Assembly: GCA_019058315.1 (NCBI GenBank)
Contig: JAHPZH010000008.1
Location: forward strand, 144,869 to 208,868
DNA from: Candidatus Helarchaeota archaeon
GTDB taxonomy: Archaea; Asgardarchaeota; Lokiarchaeia; Helarchaeales; RDOG01
DNA: 64,000 nucleotides
Reading direction: 5' to 3'
The notes under the pieces are model-generated. The model was not told where the DNA came from and ran no database searches. It worked only from the letters and a program-made list of their open reading frames with translations. Below, piece by piece: positions 40,157 to 49,933 of this stretch (its first letter is position 1; the number at the start of each line of letters is the position of its first letter). The position numbers and the translations under genes are program-made.

Positions 40157-41437
40157 ATGTCTGAATTTGAATTAGAGCAAAAAGAATGGATTGGATATCA
40201 TAGTTATTTGATAATATTACTTTCAATCTTTAGATTTATATCCCTTTTTAATATAACATACACAACTCTTATATTACCACAAATTGCAGCATCTTTTAAC
40301 ATTCCTTCTGCTACCATTGCTTGGATATTTTCAATAATTGGAATTGGGGTCCTTGTATCAGTCTTTATTCGTCGTTTGCCTGATGTTTGGGGAAGAAAAC
40401 CAACTCTTTTGGTAATTGGAATAATAAATATTACGTGTATTTGCATCGCTGCACTAATGACGAACCTAATATTACATATTATTTTTAGACTTCTCTCGGG
40501 TATTTTTGCAGTTAATACCAGTAATATTATTGTCGCCGAGGAGATGCCAGCACGTTTTAGAGGTAGAGTATCTGGTATAATAGTCTCAATCGGAATGTCT
40601 AGTGCTATGCTAGCAAGTTACCTAGTAACTTGTAATATAGTGAGAATGTGGAGATATTACTATTTAATAGTAGATATTCCTGCAATGATAATTTTTGGGA
40701 TATTATGGTTAAAAATGAAAGAAACTAGACGTTTTATGTTTGAAAAAGACAAATTAAAGGAGAAAAAGGGTTCCATATTCGGCATATTCCAAAGAAAATA
40801 TTTAAGAATTCTAATTTTAGTCAGCTCAATTTTGTTTATGAGTCAATATATATACTCTTCTGGGATAAAGAGATACTTCACTATTTTCCTTTTTGAAGAA
40901 AAAGGTTTTAACCCATTCAGCTACGGGCTATGGCAACCATTCAGAAATGATGCCTTTATTGGTATTTTATCGGCTTTATCATTTATAGGATCAATAATTG
41001 GCTATTGGTTATCGGGATATTTTGCCGATAGGTTTGGAAGGAAGTTGACGATTTATGTGGCCACAGCTGTTCATTTAGTAGCACAACTTATCTTTATTTT
41101 TGGTTTAACCGAGTTAGAATTTATTTTAAGTCTATTTTTTATCAATCTGACCTTTGCAGTTTTTCATACCTGTATTTTGGTTTTTAGCGTTGAATTTTGG
41201 CCTACAGAACAAAGATCTACAGCTTCCGGCTGGATTTTTGTTTTTAGCAGTATTGCAGGAGTATTTGGGAATATAATTGTATATTTTCTAGCAAGCAGTT
41301 ATGGTTGGGGTTTTACTTTTCTTATACTAACAATCCTCCCGATATTATTAATAATAATTACTGTATTTATACCTGAAACTAAGCAAAGAGTCGTGGAAGA
41401 GATTTTACAAACTGAAATTGAGCAGAAATTCAAATAA
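40157..41437 (+). CDS. MFS transporter
   Basis: D.WGRKP, EEMPA..RG, DRFGRK, EFWPTEQRS and PETK motifs. Confidence 0.92.
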   Translation: MSEFELEQKEWIGYHSYLIILLSIFRFISLFNITYTTLILPQIAASFNIPSATIAWIFSIIGIGVLVSVFIRRLPDVWGRKPTLLVIGIINITCICIAALMTNLILHIIFRLLSGIFAVNTSNIIVAEEMPARFRGRVSGIIVSIGMSSAMLASYLVTCNIVRMWRYYYLIVDIPAMIIFGILWLKMKETRRFMFEKDKLKEKKGSIFGIFQRKYLRILILVSSILFMSQYIYSSGIKRYFTIFLFEEKGFNPFSYGLWQPFRNDAFIGILSALSFIGSIIGYWLSGYFADRFGRKLTIYVATAVHLVAQLIFIFGLTELEFILSLFFINLTFAVFHTCILVFSVEFWPTEQRSTASGWIFVFSSIAGVFGNIIVYFLASSYGWGFTFLILTILPILLIIITVFIPETKQRVVEEILQTEIEQKFK

Positions 41438-41521
41438 AATCATTTATAAATAGAAGATAAATACTATATTTTTATTCAAAATTTTATCATCATTGTAATA
41501 ATCTAAGGGTTAAAGCTAAAA

Positions 41522-42799
41522 ATGTCTAAAACTGTCTTGGAACAAGAAGAATGGACAAGCTATCATACATTTTTAGTTATATTTCTTTCGGTTTATAATT
41601 TTATTAGCCTTTTTTCGATTGTATATACGGGTCTTGTCTTACCAGCAATCGCAGCCACTTTTAACATAGGGACTCCCGTTATTGCAAGTATATTTTCAAT
41701 AATTGGTATTGGTGTCATATTTTCAGTATTTGTAAGGCGAATTCCCGATAAAATAGGTCGTAAACCTTCTATGTTAATCATTTCATTGATATATGTAGTT
41801 AATCTTTGTCTTTCTGCGATAGCTCCAGAATTAACACTCTATATTATTTTTCGTTTAATTTCAGGAATTTTTGCAGTCAATATTAGTAATATTATTATAG
41901 CTGAAGAAATGCCAGCTCATAATAGAGCCAAAATATCGGGAGTCGTGGTATCAATTGGCATGTCAAGCTCTATATTAGCAAGTTTTATCGCGACTTTTAA
42001 TATGTTAGCTTATTGGAGACATTTCTTCCTTATTGTGAACATTCCAGGTATCATAGCTTTTTGCATATTATGGTTTAAAATGAAAGAAACGAGAAGATAT
42101 GAACGCACTAAAACAAAAAAAGTTGAAAATCATACTCTTTTTAGTATATTTCAAAAGAAATACATAAGAATTCTTCTTTTAACCAGCCTAATTATGTTTA
42201 CAAGTCAGTGGATCTATTCAGGGGGAATAAAACGATACTTCACTGTTTTTCTTTTTGAGGAGAAAGGGTTTAACCCATTTAGTTTTGGGACTTTCCAGCC
42301 ATTTAGGAATGATTTCTTTATCGGATTTTTGAGTATGTTCTCTTATATAGGTTCTATAATCGGTTATTGGTTATCTGGTTATTTTGGTGACCGTTTTGGA
42401 CGAAAAAAATCAATTTATGGAGCCGCCTCTATCTATTTAGTTGGTAACGCAATTTTTATATTCGGTACGACTGAAATTCATTTTCTTATAGGCATGTTTA
42501 TAATCAATATTAACTTTGCTATTTTTTCCACTCTAAATCAAGTTATGAGCGTTGAATTTTGGCCCACGGAACAGAGATCCACGGCAAGTGGTTGGGTTTT
42601 TGTTTTTAGTAGCACGGCAGGAATATTTGGAAATATGATTGTTTTTTATCTCGCAAGCACTACCTCATGGGCTTCTACCTTTATTGTTTTATCAATTCTT
42701 CCAGTACTGCTAATAATATTTATTAGCTTTTTACCTGAAACAAAAGCACGTGTTGTTGAAGAAATTTTTGAGACAGAAATTGAGCAAAAAACCAAATAA
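41522..42799 (+). CDS. MFS transporter, tandem paralogue
   Basis: Same motifs, including the shared GIKRYFT.FLFEEKGFNPFS block. Confidence 0.92.
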   Translation: MSKTVLEQEEWTSYHTFLVIFLSVYNFISLFSIVYTGLVLPAIAATFNIGTPVIASIFSIIGIGVIFSVFVRRIPDKIGRKPSMLIISLIYVVNLCLSAIAPELTLYIIFRLISGIFAVNISNIIIAEEMPAHNRAKISGVVVSIGMSSSILASFIATFNMLAYWRHFFLIVNIPGIIAFCILWFKMKETRRYERTKTKKVENHTLFSIFQKKYIRILLLTSLIMFTSQWIYSGGIKRYFTVFLFEEKGFNPFSFGTFQPFRNDFFIGFLSMFSYIGSIIGYWLSGYFGDRFGRKKSIYGAASIYLVGNAIFIFGTTEIHFLIGMFIININFAIFSTLNQVMSVEFWPTEQRSTASGWVFVFSSTAGIFGNMIVFYLASTTSWASTFIVLSILPVLLIIFISFLPETKARVVEEIFETEIEQKTK

Positions 42800-42860
42800 T
42801 TTAACTTATAAATTTTTAAATTAAAAAAAAATAGGGAAGATTTGACTAAAATACTTTTTA

Positions 42861-43292
42861 TTATAGTTGGCCATAAGCCATTTTTGTGTCTTCTTTGAAC
42901 AAAATCCAGAGATAAATAATTCCTATTATAGCAAGAATCATTATTATGGAAATCAGGACAGTTAGAACCCACGCCCAGCTTTGATTAGTATAAAGACCGT
43001 AAACGTCAATAAATACAATGATAGCTACAATAATTACAAGAATTCCGAGTACTGGTAACATTCCTAATAATGGTTGGCTACTGATGGGGTCTATACCGAA
43101 CATTTGTCCTATTATAGGGAGACGATTGATAATTCCAGCAATTCCCGTTCCTTTAGCAATCCCAATAATTGTCATCGGACTTGCAAGTGCTAAAATTCCA
43201 GCTATAATAAATGCTATTGCTGCAGCTACAAACATTATAATTATAAACCAGATTCCACCGCTTTTTTCTTCGCTCATTTTTCCAAACCTCAT
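42861..43292 (-). CDS. Small membrane protein
   Basis: 3-4 TM; YGL.....WAW motif and LF..D.K..YG end; likely start MSEEK. Confidence 0.7.
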   Translation of the reverse strand: MRFGKMSEEKSGGIWFIIIMFVAAAIAFIIAGILALASPMTIIGIAKGTGIAGIINRLPIIGQMFGIDPISSQPLLGMLPVLGILVIIVAIIVFIDVYGLYTNQSWAWVLTVLISIIMILAIIGIIYLWILFKEDTKMAYGQL

Positions 43293-43419
43293 ATTCTACT
43301 TAATAAAATATTTAATTTGATAATGATAGTTAAAATTAAAAAATAGTCTATAAATAATTTTTTAATATAAAAAAATGAAAAATGTAGAATAGAATAAAAA
43401 ATATTAAATTATTATAAAC

Positions 43420-44724
43420 TTATTTTACTTTTGCTTCAAATTCTCGGACAATTTCTGCCATTGGATGCTTCTTTCTTAAATCTATAAATCGCTTTCCTTT
43501 TCTTCCAATTTGGGGAATATTTTCTACAAATTTAACGGAAGTTGGACTGAGCTTCAAATGAGTTTTAATAGATTGAACAATTTTATTTTTAAGATTATTA
43601 GACTCATCAGCATCCACATAAATTCGAATGACATCGCTATCTTCAACCTTATCTATCACACAAAGATAGGTTCTTATATCATTATTAAACATGGCACTTT
43701 CAAATTGGTATGGGTTAACAAGTGTTGCCTTAATCTTAGTCAAATCGTCCAACCTTTGTTCAATTAAGGAAATCCTTACTAAATTCCTTCCGCATGCACA
43801 ACCTCTCCCAAGGATACTTGATTCATCCCCTGATTTATAACGAATTGCGATAGTACCTGTTTTGTTTAAAGTGGTAAATACAAGTTCTCCTTTCTCATTT
43901 GGTCCTAATACTTCACCTGTCTTTGGATCTACCACTTCTACGATCACATCATCTTCTGGCCAATGGATTCCGTTTTTTTCTTCGCATTCAGATCCTGCAC
44001 CAATTTCAGACAGTCCATATCCAATTTTACAATCTACACCCCATAAATCTTCAATTTTTTTACGAACTGAAGGAGGCACTGGTTCTCCTAATACATAGGC
44101 TTTTTTTAGAGTCGAATCACTTGGATTTTTACCTATTTTTTTCCAAGTATTTCCCCATCGTAAAAAATATTGAGGAAGCCCGATAAAAACAGTTGGACGA
44201 AAAATTGGATTGAAAATATTATTCAGATGTGCCATACCAGTCTTTAATGTGGAAGCTGGAATAATAAAACCGCCTAATTCCTTCGCGGCATCATGTAAAA
44301 CCTGACCAGCAAAGAACATTCCATATGGGGTTGAATTATAATATCTATCTTTTGCTGTACATCCACAACGCACAAGACATCTTACATTTTGGGCTACATA
44401 GGTTTTCCAGTCTGATTTAGTAAAAAACACAATTGTTTCTCCTTGTCCAGATGTTCCTGACGTTGTATGAATTTTAAAAACATTGTTTAAATCCCCCACT
44501 GCACCCTCTGGATCACTTACAATATCAATTTTTGAAGAAAATGGTATTTTTTTCAAATCATCAAGTGTTTTTATATCATCAGGTTTTAAACCAACAGATT
44601 TTAACTTATTCTTATAAAGACGAGTATTATCATATGCATAATGAATAACTTTTCTTAAACGATTTTCTTGTAATTTTATAAGATCTTTTTCTTTTATAAA
44701 ATCAAGATCCTTATCAAATGACAA
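43420..44724 (-). CDS. Phenylacetate-CoA ligase family acyl-CoA ligase
   Basis: TTSGTSG, GEP, YGLSE, GELVFTTL, RY.SGD and C.CGR.....R.DD motifs. Confidence 0.92.
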   Translation of the reverse strand: MSFDKDLDFIKEKDLIKLQENRLRKVIHYAYDNTRLYKNKLKSVGLKPDDIKTLDDLKKIPFSSKIDIVSDPEGAVGDLNNVFKIHTTSGTSGQGETIVFFTKSDWKTYVAQNVRCLVRCGCTAKDRYYNSTPYGMFFAGQVLHDAAKELGGFIIPASTLKTGMAHLNNIFNPIFRPTVFIGLPQYFLRWGNTWKKIGKNPSDSTLKKAYVLGEPVPPSVRKKIEDLWGVDCKIGYGLSEIGAGSECEEKNGIHWPEDDVIVEVVDPKTGEVLGPNEKGELVFTTLNKTGTIAIRYKSGDESSILGRGCACGRNLVRISLIEQRLDDLTKIKATLVNPYQFESAMFNNDIRTYLCVIDKVEDSDVIRIYVDADESNNLKNKIVQSIKTHLKLSPTSVKFVENIPQIGRKGKRFIDLRKKHPMAEIVREFEAKVK

Positions 44725-44733
44725 TAATTTCCC

Positions 44734-44958
44734 TCATAATCGATTTAGTAATTCTTTTAAGCTTGCTGTTGCTTTTTCAATATTTTTTATTGCATCTTCA
44801 AAATATTTTAAAAGGTCATTTGATTTAACTTCCTTGGATAGTTCTCTAAGTTTATCGGCATGTTCGTCTATATGTTCTATATAATGTTCAACATATTTTT
44901 TAATTTTATTTAGATCTTCAGACAAATTTAGCACTTCTTTTTTATTTATCCGTAACAA
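44734..44958 (-). CDS. Small His-containing helical protein (H..EH..EH), possibly metal-binding
   Basis: EHYIEHIDEH motif; directly upstream of the ligase; likely TTG start at LSED. Confidence 0.6.
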   Translation of the reverse strand: MLRINKKEVLNLSEDLNKIKKYVEHYIEHIDEHADKLRELSKEVKSNDLLKYFEDAIKNIEKATASLKELLNRL

Positions 44959-45119
44959 TTGGTCGATCTTATAATAAGATAGATGAATAAGTAATATGCT
45001 ATTTTAGATTTCACTAACCTAAGTAAAATTATAAATTTATTGATTAATTATTTCCGAATCGAAGTAGGACAAAGAATTTAATAAAAAAGAATATTAAAAA
45101 GTAATTAAATGCTAGATTA

Positions 45120-46136
45120 TTAACCCAACTTATCTTTAAGAGCCTCATCTATACTAGCTAATCGATCTGAAATGGTATCTTCCTTTTTCTTATCTTTCTT
45201 CTTCCCTTTTTTCTTATCCTTCTTCTTTTCAATTTCTTGGGTTGGTGGATTTGGTCTAGCACTTGGTGGAGCACTTGGTGGACCTCTAGGTGGACCAGTA
45301 CTTGGTGGACCTCTAGGTGGACCACCACCTGATGGTACATTGCCCCCTAGTTGCTTTTGGAATTTATCGTCTAATAATTTATTCATTTTCTTGGTTAAAC
45401 CTCCGTCAATTGGCTTAGCTGCTCGTGGTTGATGAATTTTAGGAACATAATCTTTTTGAATAGGTCCCATCCCACCTCCACCACCCATTGGACCTACTGT
45501 TCCTGAGCGTTTTCCCAGTTTAGATTTAATTTCTGACATCATCGCCATACGAACGCTCATACCACCCATAGGGGCAGGCCCTCTTGGAGCAGGTGAACTA
45601 ATTGAAGCAGATTTAAAAGAGGATGGTTTGAGTAAATTTTCTTCTACCACAGCTCCTTCTGGTCTGGGAGGAGTTGGAGGTATCCCAACCACTGGAGCTG
45701 CGGGAGCAACAGTCACTGTTTTTTGAAAATCTTCCCATTGTGTTAAAAGTTTCTGGATTACTGATTCAAAATCAACAATTTTTGACCCCATTGAAGTAAT
45801 TTGATTTCGCAAATCTTGTTCATAAGCTGGATTCATTGACCCAGTAGAAGATCCTTGTTGTTGAAGAGATTGAATTTGGAATTCTACTAATTTTTTAAAT
45901 CTAGTTTCCAAATCCCCAACTTTTGAAACGACATCATTCAACTGATCAAACATATATCGAACATATTCATTAATTGTCATTGCATTCTCTTCTAACCTTT
46001 CGGTATAATGTAAAATTGTTTCAATAGATCGGGCTAAAATGATAATTTTATCAGCATCATGTCTATAGGTTGCAATAACATCTAATAGAGAGGGTTCTTC
46101 CTCCTCTTCCACTTCTTCATATTCTTCGTTTTCCAT
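45120..46136 (-). CDS. Coiled-coil + Pro/Gly-rich protein with WH2/EVH2-like short helices
   Basis: Acidic N-terminus, heptads to ~aa140, PPTPPRP, RMAMMSEIKSKLGKR, GGLTKKMNKLL, GPPRGPP repeats and poly-K; AGGTGA SD. Confidence 0.8.
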   Translation of the reverse strand: MENEEYEEVEEEEEPSLLDVIATYRHDADKIIILARSIETILHYTERLEENAMTINEYVRYMFDQLNDVVSKVGDLETRFKKLVEFQIQSLQQQGSSTGSMNPAYEQDLRNQITSMGSKIVDFESVIQKLLTQWEDFQKTVTVAPAAPVVGIPPTPPRPEGAVVEENLLKPSSFKSASISSPAPRGPAPMGGMSVRMAMMSEIKSKLGKRSGTVGPMGGGGGMGPIQKDYVPKIHQPRAAKPIDGGLTKKMNKLLDDKFQKQLGGNVPSGGGPPRGPPSTGPPRGPPSAPPSARPNPPTQEIEKKKDKKKGKKKDKKKEDTISDRLASIDEALKDKLG

Positions 46137-46162
46137 TTAGGTCACCTAATATTACAAAGCAA

Positions 46163-46216
46163 TAAATCGTAATAATGAATATCGATTAATTATTTGTTCG
46201 ATGTTATTACGATTTA
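46163..46216. promoter_or_regulatory. Long inverted repeat/hairpin upstream of the Pro-rich gene
   Basis: TAAATCGTAATAA (46163-46175) pairs with TTATTACGATTTA (46204-46216); inner TATCGA/TCGATG stem. Confidence 0.55.
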
Positions 46217-46416
46217 ATAAATGTAAGTTTTTATTGCGGATTTTTTGGTTGAACCAATATTAATTAAAAAAACATTATTATTTAAGAATTGTTTGAATTA
46301 GAATTTAAGATAAATATTTTGACTCTAAGAAAAAAACATAAATGAAAATATAACAAAAATGGGAAAATATTGAAAATTTAAATAAAAAAATTGAATTATT
46401 TTAAATATTTAAACTA

Positions 46417-47382
46417 TCAAATTCCGAAAGATTTCCGTAATAAGTCTATGTCTAATTTACCTGCCATAATTGTTTTCCCTGTCCTTATGTCATTCACTGT
46501 AATTTGCGCTGGAGCGAATAATAAGGGGTCGATGTTATAAAAATCCTTACCGGCATCAACAAAGATTTGATAAAATGGTTTTCCATATTGTTTAGAAGTA
46601 CTTGAAGGAACTTTTTTAATTACTTCCTCTAAGTTATCGCCCTCTGTACTATTTACATTATAAATTACGCTACCTACAGCTATAATTGCATCATTTGTTA
46701 CTCCCATTGCCTTTGTATCGGATTTTGCTATGGGTGCTATAGGAGTAGAGCCAATTCCATATGCTATTTTCTTGGGATCATAACCTACTTCGTGAAGTTT
46801 ATGAATACCCATTTCTACTACACGAGCTGCGATTTGTACTCCTCCAGCAAGACTAGCAGTTGGAGCTATTAATGCATATACTTTATCAACATCAACTTTA
46901 CATTTAGTCGCAATCACTTCCATTACTTTCTCATTAGGCAATACATTTCCTTCAAGGACAGCAATTGCCACGTCAGCATTGTCTTTATATTGGAGTTCAT
47001 CAAAGAGTCCTTTTTCTCCGCCTTTCAGAGCTCTTGCAGGACCGCTTAACATAGCAAAATAGTTTTCTTCTTTCACATTTAATCTCCAACCAGCGAATTG
47101 AGATCCTAGACAAGCTATATGAGGAAAGTCTGTTGCAATCGTTACTGAAGGCAATACAAATTTTCCAAAATTTGTTGTTGTTAAGTTCACATAACCGAGA
47201 CCACCTAGACAAATCTCACCCAATTTTACTCCTGCTAAATATCCACTTGTGACTTTAATACCCATATCAATAACTGTAGCACCGTTTTGAAGCTTTTTTA
47301 CATCAACTTTATAAACATCTTTATTCTCAATTACGTCTAAAACCAGTTTTAAAGCTTTTTTATTAACTGAAATTTCTGCCAC
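46417..47382 (-). CDS. mch: Methenyltetrahydromethanopterin cyclohydrolase
   Basis: ICLGGLG, ACLGSQFAGW, SGPARAL, APTASLAG.VQI.ARVVE..HK, MG.TND, PSS.S..YG.PF and DFY.ID..LFAPA motifs. Confidence 0.96.
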   Translation of the reverse strand: MAEISVNKKALKLVLDVIENKDVYKVDVKKLQNGATVIDMGIKVTSGYLAGVKLGEICLGGLGYVNLTTTNFGKFVLPSVTIATDFPHIACLGSQFAGWRLNVKEENYFAMLSGPARALKGGEKGLFDELQYKDNADVAIAVLEGNVLPNEKVMEVIATKCKVDVDKVYALIAPTASLAGGVQIAARVVEMGIHKLHEVGYDPKKIAYGIGSTPIAPIAKSDTKAMGVTNDAIIAVGSVIYNVNSTEGDNLEEVIKKVPSSTSKQYGKPFYQIFVDAGKDFYNIDPLLFAPAQITVNDIRTGKTIMAGKLDIDLLRKSFGI

Positions 47383-47596
47383 TTTAATCTCTCCGATTCA
47401 AACAATTTAATTTGTTTAAAGGATAAAATAACATATATTTTTTTGTTTAAAATTTAAAAAAACTTTCTTTACTTTTTTAAAGAAAAACAAAATGAACAAT
47501 AATTCCATTAAATGAACGATTTTTTTATTTTATTTGTTTTAAAAAGATACTTTCTTAGTGAAAGTTTTTAATTTATCAAATTTTAAGTTAAATAAT

Positions 47597-48382
47597 TTAT
47601 TCTTTTCTCTCTCTTCCTAGCATTTTTATTTTATTTATTATTGGCTTACTCCAAGTTCCACTCTTAATTTTCTTCTTATCAAAACTAGATAATTTTGGCC
47701 AAGCGTACATAAACATTTCTTTTGTTCCCCCAACCTTTTCCCAATCTCTAAGCTTCCAACCTGTAATTAACTCATCAAATAATTTAGAACCCTCAAGTTC
47801 AGATTCTCTCCAATCTCCTTCTGGAATCTCTTCTACTGGAGCTGGTTCTTTAAGGTCTTTTTTTCCAGGCAGCTTAGGAATTGGAGCTTGTAATTTAGGC
47901 GCAGCTTCTTTTTTAGGTACCTTTGCTGTGCTTGGACTCGGAGATTCTACTACCGGAGACGTAACCGGTTGAGTCATAATAGCTTGAGCCATAATAGGTT
48001 GAGAAAAATCAATTTTTTCAAGCTCTTCAATTTTTTTATAAATATCTTTTATGGAAAAAATTTTCACATCGGTTTGTAATTGATTTACAATATCTGCTAT
48101 CAATTTTTGGGCATCACTTAGTTTTTCAACATTTGGTTTAATGTTATCAAATTTTTTATTTAATTTTGATGAAATTGGAGGAATTATATCTTGAATCAAT
48201 TTTGGAAATTGTTCCTCTACCATTTTTTCTATTATATCAAGAGATCCCTTGGCATTATTTAAAAATTCAGTCCTTTTATCAATCAATTCTTCTATATTAT
48301 TTAAATAATGTATTCCCTTTTCCAAAATTTCTTTGAATTCTCTAGTTATATCTTCGCTACTGCTCAAAGTAATAACCATCAA
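47597..48382 (-). CDS. Hypothetical: helical N-domain, Pro-rich linker, Trp-rich C-domain
   Basis: 261-aa ORF with clear three-part composition. Confidence 0.7.
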   Translation of the reverse strand: MMVITLSSSEDITREFKEILEKGIHYLNNIEELIDKRTEFLNNAKGSLDIIEKMVEEQFPKLIQDIIPPISSKLNKKFDNIKPNVEKLSDAQKLIADIVNQLQTDVKIFSIKDIYKKIEELEKIDFSQPIMAQAIMTQPVTSPVVESPSPSTAKVPKKEAAPKLQAPIPKLPGKKDLKEPAPVEEIPEGDWRESELEGSKLFDELITGWKLRDWEKVGGTKEMFMYAWPKLSSFDKKKIKSGTWSKPIINKIKMLGRERKE

Positions 48383-48549
48383 ATTTTATTAAAAGTTCCT
48401 TACTTTAATTGTATGTTTCCAATTATATAAAATAATGGAATCTTTATCTTATTGATGAAATGATTTAAAAAAACCAAGTTAAAATAATCCTCCTTAAGAT
48501 AATATATAAATCAATCAAGACTAATTAATGAAAATTTGGAGTAATATTA

Positions 48550-49131
48550 TTGAAAAAAAAGAGAACTAGAGGAATTAAAAATGAAATCAAGCTAGTCGGA
48601 ATAGATGATGCCCCATTTGTTCCTAGGAGCTTTGGTGTAACGCGTTTATTTGGAATTGTAATCCGTGGCTCAACAATTATTGAAGGGGTTGTTCAAACAA
48701 CAGTAGAGATTGACGGTTGGGACGGAACTGATAAAATTATTGAAATGGTAAAAACCTCAAAACATTATAAACAAATTAAGGCAATAATGCTTGCTGGAAT
48801 TACTGTGGGGGGATTTAATGTATTAGACATTGACCAAATTTATAATGAAACAGATAAACCTGTTATAGTTATTATTGAAAAACAACCAGATTTTGAATCT
48901 ATTAAACTTGCACTTCAGAATCTTCCTAGAGGAGATGAAAAATGGGAGATTATTCAAAAATTCACAAAAGTTAAAGAATTACAAACCCAAAAAAATTCGA
49001 AACCAATTTATTATCAGTATTCTGGAATAACTCCAAAGGATGTGGAGAGAATTATCAAGCTTTCTACTAATGTTTCACGTATTCCAGAACCTATCAGAAT
49101 AGCACATTTAATAGGAAGATCTTTTTTATGA
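48550..49131 (+). CDS. DUF99 family (endonuclease V-like) protein
   Basis: GIDDAPF, DG.D.T, ML.GIT.GGFNV and PEPIRIAHLI motifs. Confidence 0.9.
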   Translation: MKKKRTRGIKNEIKLVGIDDAPFVPRSFGVTRLFGIVIRGSTIIEGVVQTTVEIDGWDGTDKIIEMVKTSKHYKQIKAIMLAGITVGGFNVLDIDQIYNETDKPVIVIIEKQPDFESIKLALQNLPRGDEKWEIIQKFTKVKELQTQKNSKPIYYQYSGITPKDVERIIKLSTNVSRIPEPIRIAHLIGRSFL

Positions 49132-49892
49132 AAAATTCCTTGAATACGAATGACAAAGAAATGATTTTATCTTGGAAACATTCCATTTACCTTTGGGTGC
49201 TCCTATTTTTGATTCAAATTTTCCTTTTTTCTACCTTAACATCACTAATTTTAAAAATAAGTGGTTGGAATTTTAACGAACTATTATTAATTTTGGGTAT
49301 TTATGGTCCAACTTATAGCGTTTGGTTGAGTGTTTTTGTAACAGAATTCGGAACTTTAATTATTTCATTATGTTATTTGAGATTTTTTATGAAAAAACAT
49401 CCAGCGATTAAAGATATAGCTGGAATTGAAAATTTTAATTCGAGTAATAATTTGTTAGCACTTGGATTCGTTCCAATAATATTTTTTACTGGGACGTTTA
49501 TTAACAATCTACAGACGTTTTTCTTTGATAGTTCTGTTAACAATTTTATTTATGATGTTATATTTAGACCGAAAAATTATTGGGAACTAATTATTTGGAT
49601 AATTATTATGTTCACCTTAGTAGGTCCCATAGAAGAAATCGTATTTAGGGGTATAATCCAGAAAGGATTCCAAAATAAATTTAAAGAAATCGAAACACCC
49701 GAATGGTATGCTATATTTTTCAGCGGTATATTATTTAGTATTTTTCATTTAGATTTATCTACAATTATTCCCATATTTTTTATGGGAATTCTTTTAGGTT
49801 TGGTTTATTATAAAACCGATTCCAGCATCGTTTGCGCCATTACTCATGGATCTTATGATGTTGTCACAATCATCCTTATATTTTTGCTTTAA
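49128..49892 (+). CDS. CPBP (CAAX/Abi) intramembrane protease
   Basis: PIEEIVFRG, LF...H and H...D motifs; 4-nt overlap with DUF99. Confidence 0.9.
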   Translation: MKNSLNTNDKEMILSWKHSIYLWVLLFLIQIFLFSTLTSLILKISGWNFNELLLILGIYGPTYSVWLSVFVTEFGTLIISLCYLRFFMKKHPAIKDIAGIENFNSSNNLLALGFVPIIFFTGTFINNLQTFFFDSSVNNFIYDVIFRPKNYWELIIWIIIMFTLVGPIEEIVFRGIIQKGFQNKFKEIETPEWYAIFFSGILFSIFHLDLSTIIPIFFMGILLGLVYYKTDSSIVCAITHGSYDVVTIILIFLL

Positions 49893-49933
49893 ATTTCGAA
49901 ATTATATGATTATTATATATATATAGTAATAAT

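Noticed and set aside
46163-46216. SECIS element (ATGA followed by a stem on the + strand)
   Set aside because: No matching GA on the 3' side of the core, and no adjacent gene with an in-frame TGA.
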